Shown: one piece after another, positions 13,171 through 26,898 of the stretch
How the letters are laid out: every line of letters starts with the position of its first letter
Position numbering within the stretch: the first letter of the stretch is position 1
Source of the DNA: Okamejei kenojei
Taxonomy: Eukaryota
NCBI GenBank assembly: GCA_035221665.1
Contig: CM069162.1
Coordinates: 6,076,001 to 6,140,000, forward strand
DNA: 64,000 nt
Direction: 5' to 3'
Notes under the pieces: generated by a model
Database searches by the model: none
What the model was told of the DNA's origin: nothing
Seen by the model: the letters and a program-made list of their open reading frames with translations, nothing else
Program-made: the position numbers and the translations under genes

Positions 13171-14131
13171 TTTGATGTGGATAGAGAACTGGCTGGCAGA
13201 CAGGAAGCAAAGAGTAGGAGTAAACGGGTCATTTTCAGAATGGCAGGCAGTGACTAGTGGGGTACTGCAAGGCTCAGTGCTGGGACCCCAGCTATTTACA
13301 ACATATATTAATGATCTGGATGAGGGAAGTGGATGCAACATCTCCAAATTTGCGGATGACACGAAGCTGGGGGCAGTGTTAGCTGTGAGGAGGATGCTAG
13401 GAGGCTGCAAGGTGACTTGGATAGGTTGGGTGAGTGGGCAAATGCATGGCAGATGCAGTATAATGTGGATAAATGTGAGGTTATCCACTTTGGTGGCAAA
13501 AACAGGAGGGTAGATTATTATCTGAATGGTGTCCGATTAGGAAAAGGGGAGATGCAACGAGACCTGGGTGTCATGGTACACCAGTCATTGAAAGTAGGCA
13601 TGCAGGTGCAGCAGGCAGTGAAGAAAGCGAATGGTATGTTGGCATTCATAGCAAAAGGATTTGAGTATAGGAGCAGGGAGGTTCTACTGCAGTTGTACAG
13701 GGTCTTGGTGAGGCCACACCTGGAGTATTGCGTACAGTTTTGGTCTCCTAATCTGAGGAAAGACATTCTTGCCATAGAGGGAGTACAGAGAAGGTTCACC
13801 AGATTGATTCCTGGGATGGCAGGACTTCCATATGAAGAAAGACTGGATAGACTCAGCTTGTACTCGCTGGGATTTAGGAGATTGAGGGGGGATCTTATAG
13901 AGGCTTACAAAATTCTTAAGGGGTTGGACAGGCTAGATGCAGGAAGATTGTTCCCGATGTTGGGGAACTCCAGAACAAGGGGTCACAGTTTAAGGATAAG
14001 GGGAAAGTCTTTTAGGATCGAGATGAGAAGATCTTTTTTCACACAGAGAGTGGTGAGTCTGTGGAATTCTCTGCCACAGACGGTAGTTGAGGCCAGTTCA
14101 TTGCCTATATTTAAGAGGGAGCTAGATGTGG
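13171..14131 (+). mobile_element. CR1 (HER1-like) LINE ORF2 RT fragment
   Basis: [13 protein letters not shown]...[11 protein letters not shown]...FADDTKLG, one frameshift near 13375, then [15 protein letters not shown]...TRGHSLRI...FFTQRVV. Confidence 0.95.
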
Positions 14132-14134
14132 TAG

Positions 14135-14945
14135 GTTGGAAGGTGAGGACAAGGGGGACTCTGTCCTTGTTATGAGTGGGGGGGGGGATGTGGAGTGAGA
14201 GCGGAGCTACGGGATATAGAAGAGACCCTGGTGAGAGCCCCATCTAAAGTCGAAGAGGGGGACCCCCGTTCCCTAGAGAATGAGGACATCTCCGATGCCC
14301 TGGTGTGGAACACCTCATCCTGGGTGCAGATGCGGTGCAAACGGATGAATTGGGAGTAGGGGATGGAGTCCTTACAGGAAGCAGGGTGGGAAGAAGTGTA
14401 GTCCAGATAGCCATGGGAGTCAGTGAAACAGGCTGTTGTTAGCTGTTTGTTGGGTGGAAACGAGAAGCTGGTGCGACTTGGGTGGTGGAGGGATGGGGAG
14501 AGAGGGAATGCCGGGGCTACATGAAGTGAGAGAAATCAAAATTCATACCACTGGGCTGTAAGCTGCACAAGCGAAATATGAGATGCTGTTCCTCTAATTT
14601 GTGTTTAGCCTCACTCTGACAATGCATGAGACCTAGGACAGAAAGATCAGTGTGGGAATGGGAAGGAGAATTAAAGTGTTTGGGGACTGGGAGATCAGGT
14701 AGGTTCAGGTGGGCTGAGTGAAGGTGTTCTGCGAACGATCGCCCAGTCTACGTTTAGTCCCGCTGATGTATAAGAGTCCACATCTTGAACAACGGATACA
14801 GCAGATAAGGTTGGAGCAGGTGCAAGTAAGGTTAGGGGCAAGCCTAACCTAAAAGGACTGTCGGGGTCCCTGGATAATGGCGAGGGAGGAGGTACAGGGA
14901 CAGGTGTTGCATCTTCTGCAGTTACAGGGGAAGGAACCTGGGGAG
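14135..14945 (-). mobile_element. Penelope-like element RT and GIY-YIG fragments, rearranged
   Basis: Minus-strand TDSHGYLDYTSSHPASCKDSIPYSQFIRLHRIC and NKDRVPLVLT, followed by an endonuclease C-terminal segment. Confidence 0.85.
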
Positions 14946-17289
14946 GGGTGGGGGGATGTGGTTTGGGAGTGAGCAGAAATTATTTTGTCAAAACATACCC
15001 ATAATAAAAGTTCTATTATTTAAATTTAACAAAGTCACCTTGTGATACTTAGACAAATTTCACAATGCAGCTTTATAGAGGCATAGATAGGGTAAAGAGT
15101 CAGAACCTTTTTCCCCAAGGTGGAAATTATCAAATACTAAAGGGTGCAGCTTTAAGACGAGACGGGCAAAGTTTAAAGGCGATGTGCGGGGCAATATTTT
15201 TGTGTAGGTGTTGTGTGCCTGGGTTGACACAGTGGCACAGCGGGTAGAGCTGCTCCCTCACAGCGCCAGAGACCCAGGTTCTATCCTGACCTTGGGTGCT
15301 GTCTGTGTGGAGTTTGCACGTCCTCCCCGTGAGCGCTTGGGTTTCCTTCGGTTCCTCCCAAAGACGTGTGGGTTTGTAGATTAATTGGCTCCTGTAAAAT
15401 GGCCCGGGTTTGTGGGGAGCGGATGTGAAAGTGAGATAACATAGAACTAGTGTGAATGGGTGATCAATGGTCAGCGTGGACTCAGTGGGCCGAAGGTCCA
15501 TTTTCCATGCTGATGAGCTTGGGCACAGGGCACTCTATCTTGTGGAAATTAATCCTCGTGAGCGGCAGTATAGTCGCTGCCGTGCAGCATCAGAGACCCG
15601 GATTGGATGCTGACTATGGGTGCTGTCTGTAAGGGGTTTGTGCGTTCTCCCCGTGACCTGCGTGGGGTTTTTTTCCGGGTACTCCGGTTTCTTCCCTCAC
15701 TTAAAAGACGTTCAGGTTTGTAGGATAATTGGCTTTGGTAAAAATTGTAAGTTGTCCCTAGTGCGTGTAGGATAGTGCGTGCTGGTGTGCGGGTGATCGC
15801 TGGTTGGCGTGGTGAGTCGAAGGGCCTGTTTCCATGCTGTATCTCCAAAACTAAAGCTAAATCTCTTTCCCTGAGTGTTCATTCCATTTCCCTTCCCATT
15901 CCAGATGCTAAACTTTTAAATTGCCGAGACAGGTGACATTTTGAGTTTTGCATTCAGTTTTGTTCACCCGCTATAGGTAGAATGACATTCATTTGGAAAA
16001 ATTGGAGCGAGAGAAGAGGGTTACAAGGAACTGCAGATGGTGGTTTACAAAGACACAAGTGATGTCCCTAATCCATGTTCTCCAGGGATGCTGCCTGACC
16101 CACTGAGTTACTCCAGCACTCTGAGTCCTTTTTTGAAAAAGTGCTGTTAAAATAAACTTTGGTGCTGTGGTCACCTTGATCACTCCCAGAGACATGAGAA
16201 ATAGCTGCTTTTCAACTTAGCAGAGTGTAAAAACTCTAAGCCATTCCTCACAAAAAATAATTAAAAACCAACATTCCCTTCGAAAACCTGAAGTATTTCA
16301 GCAAGGAATATACTTTAGATTTTAGACTTTAGGGATATAATGCGGTGTCAGGCCCATCGGCCCACGGAGTGCATGCCGTCCACTGATCACTCCTAACGCT
16401 ACCGCTATCCGACACACCAGGGGCATTTTTATAACATACTGAAGCCAATGAACCTACAAACCTGCACGTCTTTGGTGTGTGGGAGGAAACCGGTGCACTC
16501 AGATAAAACCCACGTTGTCACGGGGAGAACGTACAAACTCCGTACAGACAGCACCCAGAGTCAAGGTCGAAGCCGGTTCCCTGGCGCTGTGAGGCAGCAA
16601 CTCCACCGCTGCGCCACCGTGCCGCCAATACTCAACACTTGTCACCAATGAGGAAGAAGATTCCAATACCTCTGAAGAAAAACATATATTCTCCTCACCT
16701 CTGACCTTTCATTTTGAGATGACCCTGCAGCTTTGACCTTGTCAACCAGAAGAAAAAGCTTCTTGGCATTTATCCCCGTCCCAACGGCAAGAAGCTGGAC
16801 CAACCGCACTCCATCGTACAAATGGGAAGTTGACCAGTGGACCAGCCAGTTAGCCTGTGGGCCCTGACTCCGTGTGTGAACAGATTCAATACAATAATGC
16901 AGGTTCAAGGTGTCATTGAGACATCAGACTCACGTTTTCCCATCTGACTGCTGCTACACAAAGGAATGGACGCAACTCATAACAACTCTGAAGGTAGACC
17001 GTTGCATCCATGTCTGCTCAGCGAGACTTTGTTACGTTTCTGCCACTTCCTCCCCATTGCTTTACAAATATATTGCCCCCGAATGATAATCCAGTTCCCA
17101 TCTAAAGAATCTATGTCCACAGCCCTCCAGATCAAAATATTGAACTTATATTGAGTCAGCGAGAGATGTTTTCCTATGTTTCTCTGGGTCCTTTGCCAAA
17201 CTGACTGTGCTGGTCCATTACACTTCCACCAATGACAGCTGTTTCTCTACTTACCTAATTATCAAAACCAAATCTCCTCTCTAGATACC

Positions 17290-18400
17290 CACAAACTGCT
17301 GCAGCTATCTAGATTACACCTCCTCTCACCCTGCCTCTTGCAAAGATGCCACCTCCTGCTCTCAATTCATCCGTCTCCACCGCATCTGCCTTCCATTCTC
17401 AGACATCCAAAATGTCTCCCTTTCTTTAGTAAATGTGGTTTCCCCTTCTGTCATAAACGGACCCCTCATCTGAATCCCCGCTGTGCCCTGTAGTTCTTTC
17501 TCCCCCTCCTCCCAGAACTCTATCGAGTTCCCCTGGTCCTTGCCTTTCACCCCACTGGCCTCCACATCCAACACATCATTCTCCAACTTTTCTGCCATTT
17601 CCAAAAAGATCTCACCACCTGTCACGTCTTTCCGTCTCCACCCCTTCCACCTTGTGCAGAGACCGCCCCCTCCGCAACCTGTTGGTTCACCCATCCCATC
17701 TCACCCAAACCACCCCCGTCCCAGGCACTTTCCCCTGCATCCGCAGGAGATGCAACACCTGTCACTTTACCTCCCCCCACCACTCCATCCAGGACCAAGC
17801 AGTCCTTCCGAGTGAGACAGATGTTCACATGAACCTCCGCTAACCTCATCTACTACATGCAGTGTTCGCAATGTGGCCTTGTGCATCTGTAAGACCAAGG
17901 CCTGCTGGATCTCCCTGTTGCTAAACACTTTAACTTTGCTTCCTATTCCCATACTGACCTTTCCTTCCTGGGCCGCCTCCATTGCCAGCGTGAGGCCACA
18001 CGCAAACTGGAGGAACAGCATTCTGCTTGGCTAGCTTACAACTTAATGGTATGAACATTGAATTGTCCAATTTTGTGTAATAAACCTACCACTCCACCCC
18101 CCCACCTACCTCTGCCCTCCTCTCTTCCCTGAACCCCACCTGGACTCCCCTTCCATCTATATTCCTTCCTCTGGCTTCACAATTTGCAAATCTTCTATCT
18201 AATCTCACATCTCTTTTCTTCTAATTTCTGGCCTTCATCCAGCCATCTGCCTATCACCCCCCCCCCCCCTCCCACCTGTGTCCACCTATCACTTGCCAGG
18301 CTTTGTCCTGCCCCTTCTCAGTTCCTGCTATCTCTACCGCACCACCGCCACTGGCCCCGATCTGAAACATCACCTATCCATGTTCTCCATAGATGCTCCT
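17290..18400 (+). mobile_element. Penelope-like element, decayed RT C-terminus, GIY-YIG region and 3' repeat
   Basis: SYLDYTSSHPASCKDA...SQFIRLHRIC; PGTFPCIRRRCNTC; ANLIYYMQCSQC; KHFN...RKLEEQH. Confidence 0.85.
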
Positions 18401-20550
18401 TCTTCTTATCAAGTCCACACACAAGATTAGAAGTTGTTCAGCCAGAGCTGAACACACTTCTCGGCATCTGCACACAATGGTGTCTGTCCTGTCGCTTCTT
18501 GTCGCTCCTTGTGCGTGCTGGTGGAAAGATTGGTGGAAACAGGACCGCGACGTCAACGCTCTTTCCTTGACCCCTCCATAGATGCTGCCAGACCTGTTGA
18601 GTTATTCCAGCACTTTGTGTGTTTTTTGTTACCTGACCTGCCTGGATTAGAGGGTCGAGGCTAGACACCCTTGGATTGTTTTCTCTGGCATGCCGGATGT
18701 TGAGGGGAGACCCAATAGAAGCAAATAAAATCATCAAAGGTACAGATAGAGTAGACAGTCAGGATCATTTTACCATGGTGGAAAAGGGCACAGCTTTAAG
18801 GTGAGAGGGGCAAAGTTTAAAGGAGATGTGTGGGTCAAGTTTTTTACACAGATGGTGGTGGGTGGATATGGATCACGTGCAGGCAGAGGAGATTAGTTAA
18901 TCTTGGCATCATGTCTGCCACGGACACTCTAGGGTCAAGGGCCTGTTCCAGTTCAATGTTCTATGTTCTAATGTAAACCCATCTAACATTTTCCATCTGA
19001 AGCATTTGACTGAGGTGACAGTGTGAAGTCATAGGGTCATACAGCATGGAAACAGGCTTCTCGGCCCTACTTGCCCACACCGACCAATGTACCCCATCTA
19101 CGCTAGTCCTATCTGCCTGCGTTTGGCCCATACCCCTCTAAACGTATTCTATCTACAGTATGTATTTGTCAAAATATTTCCTAAACGTTGCGGTAGTTCC
19201 TGCCTCAACTACCTCCACCGTCAGCCCATTTCATATGCCCACCACCCTTTGTGTAAAAAGGTTACCCCTCAGGTTCCTATTAAATCCTTCCCCCCCCCCC
19301 CCCCCCCCCCCTCACCTTAATACCACGTCCTCGATGCCCCTACTTTGGGTAAGAGACTTTGTGCGTTTACCCGATCTATTCCACTCATGATTTTGTACAC
19401 CTCTTTACGGCCACTCCTCATCCTCCTGTGCTCGAAGGAATAGGGACCCAGTCTGCTCAGCCTCTCCCTGTAGCTCAGACCCTTGGGTCCTGGCAACATG
19501 CTCGTAAATCTTCTCTGCGCACTTGACAACATCTCTCCTATAACATGGTGACCAATACAAAGTGATTCACATCTAAATCCAACCTTGACTGAACACGGTG
19601 GTTTCGATCAGCGTGGAAGATATTTTTCTTCCCATTCTTCTGACGTCTAATTCTAATCGATGCAGGAAAGGATAAAGTTAGTGCTTTTTTAATGGGATGT
19701 CCAAATTTAAGGTTGCCGTGTGTTCATTGGTGGTAGGCCTCAGAATGGCAGCTTGGCATAATAATTATGTTTAAAGTCACAAATAAAAGCTCTATTTGTT
19801 CCACTATTTAACTGACATCAAATTGAGATAAAAAATACTCATTATTTCTGCCCCCAGAGAATTGATAAGAATGCTTTGTAAATCTCATTCAATTTTTTTT
19901 CCTCTTCTCATATAAAGATATCATTATCTCGATGCTCAGTGTAATTAGTACATCTTGGATGCAGGGATGATCTTGTTGGCAGTAAAACTCTTTCCTTCCT
20001 TTTATTCATAATCTCTTTAGTCGCTTCTCTGGCAGACTAACAGAGCTGGGGAAAGTTGCGGCGGCTCTGGTGAAACCATCACACCAGTGAGTGACCCTCT
20101 TCCAATGTCTAAAGCTGGGATAGAGGGAGTTTTCAGGGGTGAGTTTGATTTCGTTTTTTAGTTTTAGCTTTCGAGATACAGAGCGGAAATTCAGCCCACA
20201 GAGTCTGCACTGCACACTAGCACTGCCCTACACACACTAGGGACGATTTTACATTTATACCAAGCCAATTAACATACAATCTTTGGAGTGTGGGAGGAAA
20301 CCGAAAATCTGGGAAAAAACCCACATGGGGAGAACGTACAAACTCCGCACAGACAACACCCGTAGTCAGGATCGAACCGGGGTCCCTGGCGATGTAAGAC
20401 AGCAACGCTACCGCTGTGCCACCGTGCCGACACCCATCTGACCTTATTACAACGGATGGAGTTGGGGATAACGGAGAATTGTTGGGGTGTTGCTGTTTAC
20501 GGGGGAAGGGCATGAAGAAAAGTGTTGGTAAAAAGAACCGGGGTGTTACC

Positions 20551-20860
20551 GGCGGACGGCACGGAGGCGCAGCAGTAGAATTGCTGCCTTATACTGCCAG
20601 CGACCTGGGGTCGATCCTGGCTACGGTTCCTGTCTGTTTGGAGTTTGTACGTTCTCCCTGTGACAGCATGGGTTTTCCCAGGGGGCTCCGGTTTCCTCCC
20701 ACACTCCAAAGATGTACAGGATTGTAGGTCAATAGGCTTCAGTAAAATTGTAAATTGTCCCTAGTGTGTAGGGTAGCGCTAGTGTATGGGGATGATCGCT
20801 GATTGGTGGGGTCTCGGCAGGCCGAAGGTCCTCTTTCTGCGCTGTATCGCTAAAGTCTAA
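20551..20860 (+). mobile_element. V-SINE (HE1-like), full length
   Basis: Same head, V-domain and tail. Other plus copies: 11393-11670, 15228-15510, 15560-15850, 24210-24620, 26977-27240, 38214-38500, 42370-42660, 47697-47945, 50715-50930, 51800-52120. Confidence 0.85.
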
Positions 20861-21467
20861 ATCTAAAGTAAATGCAGCCATCGACTCTATATTGCTCCAT
20901 TCAACCATTTTCCTGCTCAACTCCATTCCCCTGCCTTCTCCCCGTAACCTCTGATGCTGTTTCTCATCAAGAACCTATCAATCTCCGATTTAAAAATACC
21001 CAATTGACTTGGCCTCCACCGCCATCTGTGGCAATGAATTCCACAGATTCACCACCCTCTGGCTGAAGGAATTCCTCTTCATCATTCTAACGGCGCATCC
21101 TTTTATTCTCAGGCTGTGTCCTCTGGTTCCAGGCTCTCCCATGAGTGGAAACGCAATGAGCAAGATTGTGCAGAAAAGACACAAAGTGCTGGAGTAACTC
21201 AGCAAGTCAGGCAGCATCTCTGGGGAATGCGGATAGGTGACGTTTCAGGTGGGGACCCTACTTCAGACCCAGCATCTGCAGTTCCTTGTTTCTCCATTCT
21301 AGCCTGGTGCAGATACCCACACTCCTACATGGAGAACATTGCCGGCCTGCACCTCTTTGACCTTGGGTCTCTGCAACTCATCCACACACTTTGATGGGAA
21401 TCAGAACTGGTCGATCGGTGTTCAGGCCACCGAGATTGGTCCCGGAACACTAGTAGATTATTCCAAA

Positions 21468-22056
21468 TAGAAACATAGAAACATAGAAAATAGGTGCAGG
21501 AGGAGGCCATTCGGCCCTTCGAGCCAGCACCGCCATTCATTGTGATCATGGCTGATCGTCCCCTTTAAATAACCCATGCCTGCCTTCTCCCCATATCCCT
21601 TGACTCCCTAGAGCTCTATCCAACTCTCTCTTAAATCCATCCAGTGATTTGACCTCCACTGCTCTCTGTGGCAGGCAATTCCATAAATTCACAACTCTCT
21701 GGGTAAAAAAGTTTTTTCTCACCTCAGTCTTAAATGACCTCCCCTTTATTCTAAGACTGTGGCCCCTGGTTCTGGACTCACCCAACATTGGGAACATTTT
21801 TCCTGCATCTAGCTTGTCCAGTCCTTTTATAATTTTATATGTTTCTATAAGGTCCCCCCTGATCCTTCTAAACTCCAGTGAATACAAGCCTAGTCTTTTC
21901 AATCTTTCCTCATATGACAGTCCCGTCATCCCAGGGATCAATCACGTGAACCTACGCTGCACTGCCTCAATCACAAGGATGTCCTCCCTCAAATTAGGAG
22001 ACCAAAACTGTACACAATACTCCAGATGTGGTCTCACCAGAGCCCTATACAACTGT
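21468..22056 (-). mobile_element. CR1 LINE 3' fragment with (TTTCTATG)n tail
   Basis: ORF 21546-21941 with LSYEERLKRLGLYSLEFRRIRGDLIETYK; tail repeat at 21468-21490. Confidence 0.93.
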
Positions 22057-22724
22057 GGAAGAAATATGACGAAGGACAACTTGGACAAGTCCAAAACTGC
22101 CCCTGAGGCTCACTGTCTGTAACCAGCCCCAGGTATACTCTTGGGCCTGTCACAGGTTGTCGCTACATGGATCAGATGGTAATGAATCTGGGCCTGAGCT
22201 GTTTAGGGCAGAGTAGCAGTTTTATAAAGTGGTTGGTGAGCTCCATTAAAAATATATATCTGTCTCTTTCAGTATCAATAAGGTAATGCAATTTTTAAAA
22301 TCAAAAGTCAATTACGTTATATGTTGCATCAATAACTGTGATGCATTTCAGTGATAGATGGACCCACTGTAATTCACGATTACTGGACGCCAATGGCAGC
22401 AAATGCACTCAGAGCGCACAAGCACCCGTGAGGAGTAGGTTTGGCCAACATTACATCGTGACGTTTCACGTTGTGTCTGATGCAGGCTGGAGATGAATCA
22501 TAGCATGTTATGGCACCAAAGGAGGCCATTTGGCCCATTGAGGCCATGCCAGTTTCTCTTGCAGCAATCCTGTCATTCTCGTTCCCAGTCCTTGCTTCAT
22601 ATCCATGCTACTTATTTCTTCTCCTCTGAGTGTACAACCGATTGAGTGTTTCACAAACAGACAGTACATCACTGCTGAGTAAATCAGTAAATGTGATATG
22701 CTGTGTATATATAAACATAGTACC

Positions 22725-23906
22725 NNNNNNNNNNNNNNNNNNNNNNNNNNNNNNNNNNNNNNNNNNNNNNNNNNNNNNNNNNNNNNNNNNNNNNNNNNNN
22801 NNNNNNNNNNNNNNNNNNNNNNNNNNNNNNNNNNNNNNNNNNNNNNNNNNNNNNNNAGTGTGTGTTTGTGCCTGTGTGTGTGCCTGCGTGTATGTGCGTG
22901 AGTGTGTGAGTGTGTGTGTACGTGAGTGTGTGTGTGAGTGTGCGTGAGTGTGCATTNNNNNNNNNNNNNNNNNNNNNNNNNNNNNNNNNNNNNNNNNNNN
23001 NNNNNNNNNNNNNNNNNNNNNNNNNNNNNNNNNNNNNNNNNNNNNNNNNNNNNNNNNNNNNNNNNNNNNNNNNNNNNNNNNNNNNNNNNNNNNNNNNNNN
23101 NNNNNNNNNNNNNNNNNNNNNNNNNNNNNNNNNNNNNNTGAGTGTGTGTGAGTGCGTATGAGTTTGAGCGTATGTGTGTGTGTGAGTATGTGTGTTAGTG
23201 TGTGTTAGTGNNNNNNNNNNNNNNNNNNNNNNNNNNNNNNNNNNNNNNNNNNNNNNNNNNNNNNNNNNNNNNNNNNNNNNNNNNNNNNNNNNNNNNNNNN
23301 NNNNNNNNNNNNNNNNNNNNNNNNNNNNNNNNNNNNNNNGTGAGTGTGAGTGTTAGTGTGAGTGAGTGTGAGTGTGTGTGTGAATGTGTGTGAGTGAGTG
23401 TGAGTGTGTGAGTGTGAGTGTGTGTGAGTGTGTGTGTGAGTGGGTGAGTGTGAGTGTGGGTAGATGTGTTGGGGTGTGTGTGTGAGTTTGAGTGTGTGTG
23501 AGTGTGTGTGAGTGTGAGTGTGTGAGTGTGAGTGTGTGAGTGTGAGTGGTGAGGGAGTGGTGAGTTGTGTGAGTGTGAGTGTNNNNNNNNNNNNNNNNNN
23601 NNNNNNNNNNNNNNNNNNNNNNNNNNNNNNNNNNNNNNNNNNNNNNNNNNNNNNNNNNNNNNNNNNNNNNNNNNNNNNNNNNNNNNNNNNNNNNNNNNNN
23701 NNNNNNNNNNNNNNNNNNNNNNNNNNNNNNNNNNNNNNNNNNNNNNNNNNNNNNNNNNNNNNNNNNNNNNNNNNNNNNNNNNNNNNNNNNNNNNNNNNNN
23801 NNNNNNNNNNNNNNNNNNNNNNNNNNNNNNNNNNNNNNNNNNNNNNNNNNNNNNNNNNNNNNNNNNNNNNNNNNNNNNNNNNNNNNNNNNNNNNNNNNNN
23901 NNNNNN
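22725..23906. repeat. (TG/GA)n microsatellite block with four assembly gaps
   Basis: N runs at 22725-22856, 22957-23138, 23211-23339 and 23583-23906, separated by gtgtga-type repeats. Confidence 0.95.
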
Positions 23907-24976
23907 TCATTGTTCTGTTTCAGGACATGACAAGGAAACACTCCTGAATCAGGGCAATTTGAACCCATTCTCTATGGTCCTCACACAATCATGTTCCTTC
24001 TATCTACCCCTGTCGTCTAGTCCACAGCTGTTCAATCAAGTGTCCAGGAACTATTCCACCAAATCCTCTCTGCGCACTCTTTAGGAACTTCAAACCAAAG
24101 ATCACAGAGCTCTCTGATCTTTGCTTCAAACCCCTCTTAACACATTGTGACCAGAATTTAAAGCAACTTTCAGTTGAGGCCTAGCCATTATTTTATCTGG
24201 GCTCAACGCTGTGGGGCAAGCGGACGGTAGAGTTGCTGCCTCACAGCACCAGAGACCTGAGTTTAATCCTGGCCTTGGATGCTGTCTGTGTGGAGTTTGC
24301 ACATTCTCCCACGTGAGTTTCTTCCCTGTGCAGATAGACACAAAATGCCGGAGTAACTCAGCGGGACAGGCAGCATCTCAGGAGAGAAGGAATGGGTGAC
24401 ATTTCGAGTTGAGAACCTTCTTCATACTCGTTTCGGGGCGAGACCCATCTCCAGACCAAATTTCTTCCGGGTGCTTTGGCTTCCTGCCGCATCCCAAAGA
24501 CTAGCGGGTTTGCAGGTGAATGAGCAATCTGAGAAAGTGGGAATAATATAGAACTAGTGTGAACGATGGTCAGCCTGGACTCAGTGGGCCGAAGGCCATG
24601 TTTCCATGCTGTATCTCAAAAGATAAAACCTAAAATGAAAATGAATAACATCAAGAGAGTCTCATTAATTGTCATATATACTGAAAATAGAACAATGACA
24701 TTCTTACTTGCAGCAGCATAACAGATCTGCAAACTAAATACTCACACATTACACCATAAATAAAAGAAAGTTGAACAGATTAAAAAAAAACTTTATTAGT
24801 GCAAAACAAAAGACCTAAAGTCTGTAATGCAACTGAGACTGCTTCTGTTATTATTAATGGATCCCACTTTCTTACATTCTTTTCAAACCACTCTGTGCAA
24901 ATGAGATTTAGAAAAGAAGATTGAAATGCATTTATGAAATCAAATTGACATTTGCACTAATATTCAGTTGAACGGT

Positions 24977-25402
24977 GTAGGAAGGAGCTGGTTTATACCG
25001 AAGATAGACACAAACTACTGGAGTAACTCAGAGGGGCAGGCAGCATCTCTGGAGAGAAGGAATGGGTGACGTTTCGGGTCGAGACCCTTCTTCAGACTGA
25101 AAGTAGTGGTGGGGGGGGGGCGGGGGCGAGGGGGGGGGGGGAAATAAACTGGAGATGAGAAAAGGCCAGAACAAATCAGGATTGACAACAGATGACCTGA
25201 GGGGTGGAGCCCACAATGGCCCATTGTTGGCTGGGAAATGTGTGATAGCAAGAAGGATGCGAACAGTGGGACTACTAGCGCACATAGTGAGGGGTCAGGG
25301 AAAGGGGTGTGTGGGGAGGGGGGGGGTGGGGGGGGGGGGGGAGAGTGGAGGGAATGCAGGAATTATTTGAACTGAGAGAAATTAGAACGTTCATACCACT
25401 GG
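24977..25402 (-). mobile_element. Penelope-like 3' end and terminal repeat
   Basis: Same terminal repeat with an intact hammerhead, plus ORF-end sequence ttcataccact. Confidence 0.75.
25068..25095 (-). ncRNA. Minimal hammerhead ribozyme motif in Penelope-like terminal repeat
   Basis: gacgtttcgggtcgagacccttcttcag is the exact reverse complement of the 58427-58454 motif. Confidence 0.8.
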
Positions 25403-26165
25403 CCGTTTGACTGCAATTTGAACTAAAATACTCACTTAGAACCTGACTCGCTTAGAACTCAGAACCTGACAATTTCAGCGGAACCACAATATCATTCCAC
25501 TTTGGTTCTGCTAATGTTGGCAGGGAGCAATCCCGATTAAAAACCTGCTGTGTAGGAAGCCACAAAGAATATAAAGAGGCATTTGAACTGGACATCAGCT
25601 GCTGAAGCAACACTTGTAAAGGGCCTATTAAAAAAAAATCAATATACATTTTTAAGTTATAGGAGATCAGAAGTCAGTGGAAACATCTTAATAGCGACAA
25701 GCTCCTTCAGGAGAGCAATGAAGAAATACAGGAACTCCAGGCAGCTCTGGAGAGATAATGTTTTTGGATCTGGTGGCTTGGCCGCAGTCCCAAGGCTACC
25801 TGCCGACCCAGTTGTCAGATGTGAAACTTTGATTCTGTTCTTGTCAGCTGAACAATCTGCAGTTGGTGCAGTGCATTTAGCAGTTCCTCGCTCAGTCACA
25901 ACGGGGTTAAACACAATGACTGGACAGCTCCCTAAAGCTTAGAGCACCACCGTACAAATGCAGACACCCCATGCACATTCTCTCACGGTTGTGGGCATGC
26001 TGTGAGAATCCAGAACTCCAATGCATGGCGATGCTTGGCCAAAGGAAAGATGTTGAATAAAAATGAATTGTTTTTTCCAAGATCAATATTGATACAAGGA
26101 GGTCACTTCTGTGATCCCAATGAGTACATGGGACTTGGCCGTGGAATCAAAGCAGATGTACCACA

Positions 26166-26556
26166 GTGTGGATGCATGTCTGTGTGCGAGTGTCTGCTTG
26201 TGTGCATGTCGGTTTATGTGTCTGTGAGTGCATGTATCTGTTTCTGTCAGTGTATCTATTTGTTTGCGTGTTAGCATCTGTTTGTCTGTCCATTTGTATG
26301 TGTGCGTTCGTGTCTGCTCGGTTTGTATGTGTGTGTCTCTGCCTTTGTGTGCTTGTGCATGTGTCTGTATGTGTATTTTGAGCACGTGCGTTTCTGTGTG
26401 TCTGTGTGTGTGCATGTGTTTGTGAGTGGGTGTGCATGATCAGTGCATGCATGTGAGGTAAGTGTGTGCGCGAGTGCATGTGCAGTGCGTGCATGTGCGG
26501 TGCGTGCGTGCACACATGTGTGCATGCTCATGTGTGTGTGTGTGTGTGTGTGCATG
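26166..26556. repeat. Degenerate (TG)n / TGCA microsatellite
   Basis: Alternating purine-pyrimidine tract. Confidence 0.9.
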
Positions 26557-26648
26557 GACACAAAAAGCTGCAGTAACTCAGCGGGACAGGCAGCATCTCT
26601 GAAGAGAAGGAATGGGTGACGTTTCGGGTCGAGACCCTACTTCACACT

Positions 26649-26898
26649 GTGATTCTGCTGTAAAGGTTTGACTGGTGTGAGGTTGCCTGTGGGGGCATCC
26701 AGCATCGGGAGGTGAGATGTGATCACCCTTTGGCTATTATCCATTCTAACTTAAAAATGTTTGATATGTTAGGCCCACCTCAATAGCGCAAGCCAGTCAG
26801 CATCTTTTATGACAGGATCCAACCAAGAAAAGTTGGGAGAACACCATCTGGCTCTGGAGACCAAACAGAAGACTTCTTTTAGCGTTTTCTATGATGGT
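26649..26898 (+). repeat. Local 250-bp direct duplication, copy 1
   Basis: Near-identical to 27722-27972. Confidence 0.95.

Noticed and set aside
13417-14175. 252-aa ORF as a host or domesticated gene
   Set aside because: Ordinary CR1 ORF2 fragment with an upstream frameshift and close paralogues in the window.
22608-24084. Long ORFs in the ORF track
   Set aside because: Artefacts of N gaps and TG/CA microsatellites.
25108-25345. G-quadruplex-like G runs
   Set aside because: Part of the variable poly-C tract of the Penelope 3' region, seen in other copies (18255, 27545, 28460).
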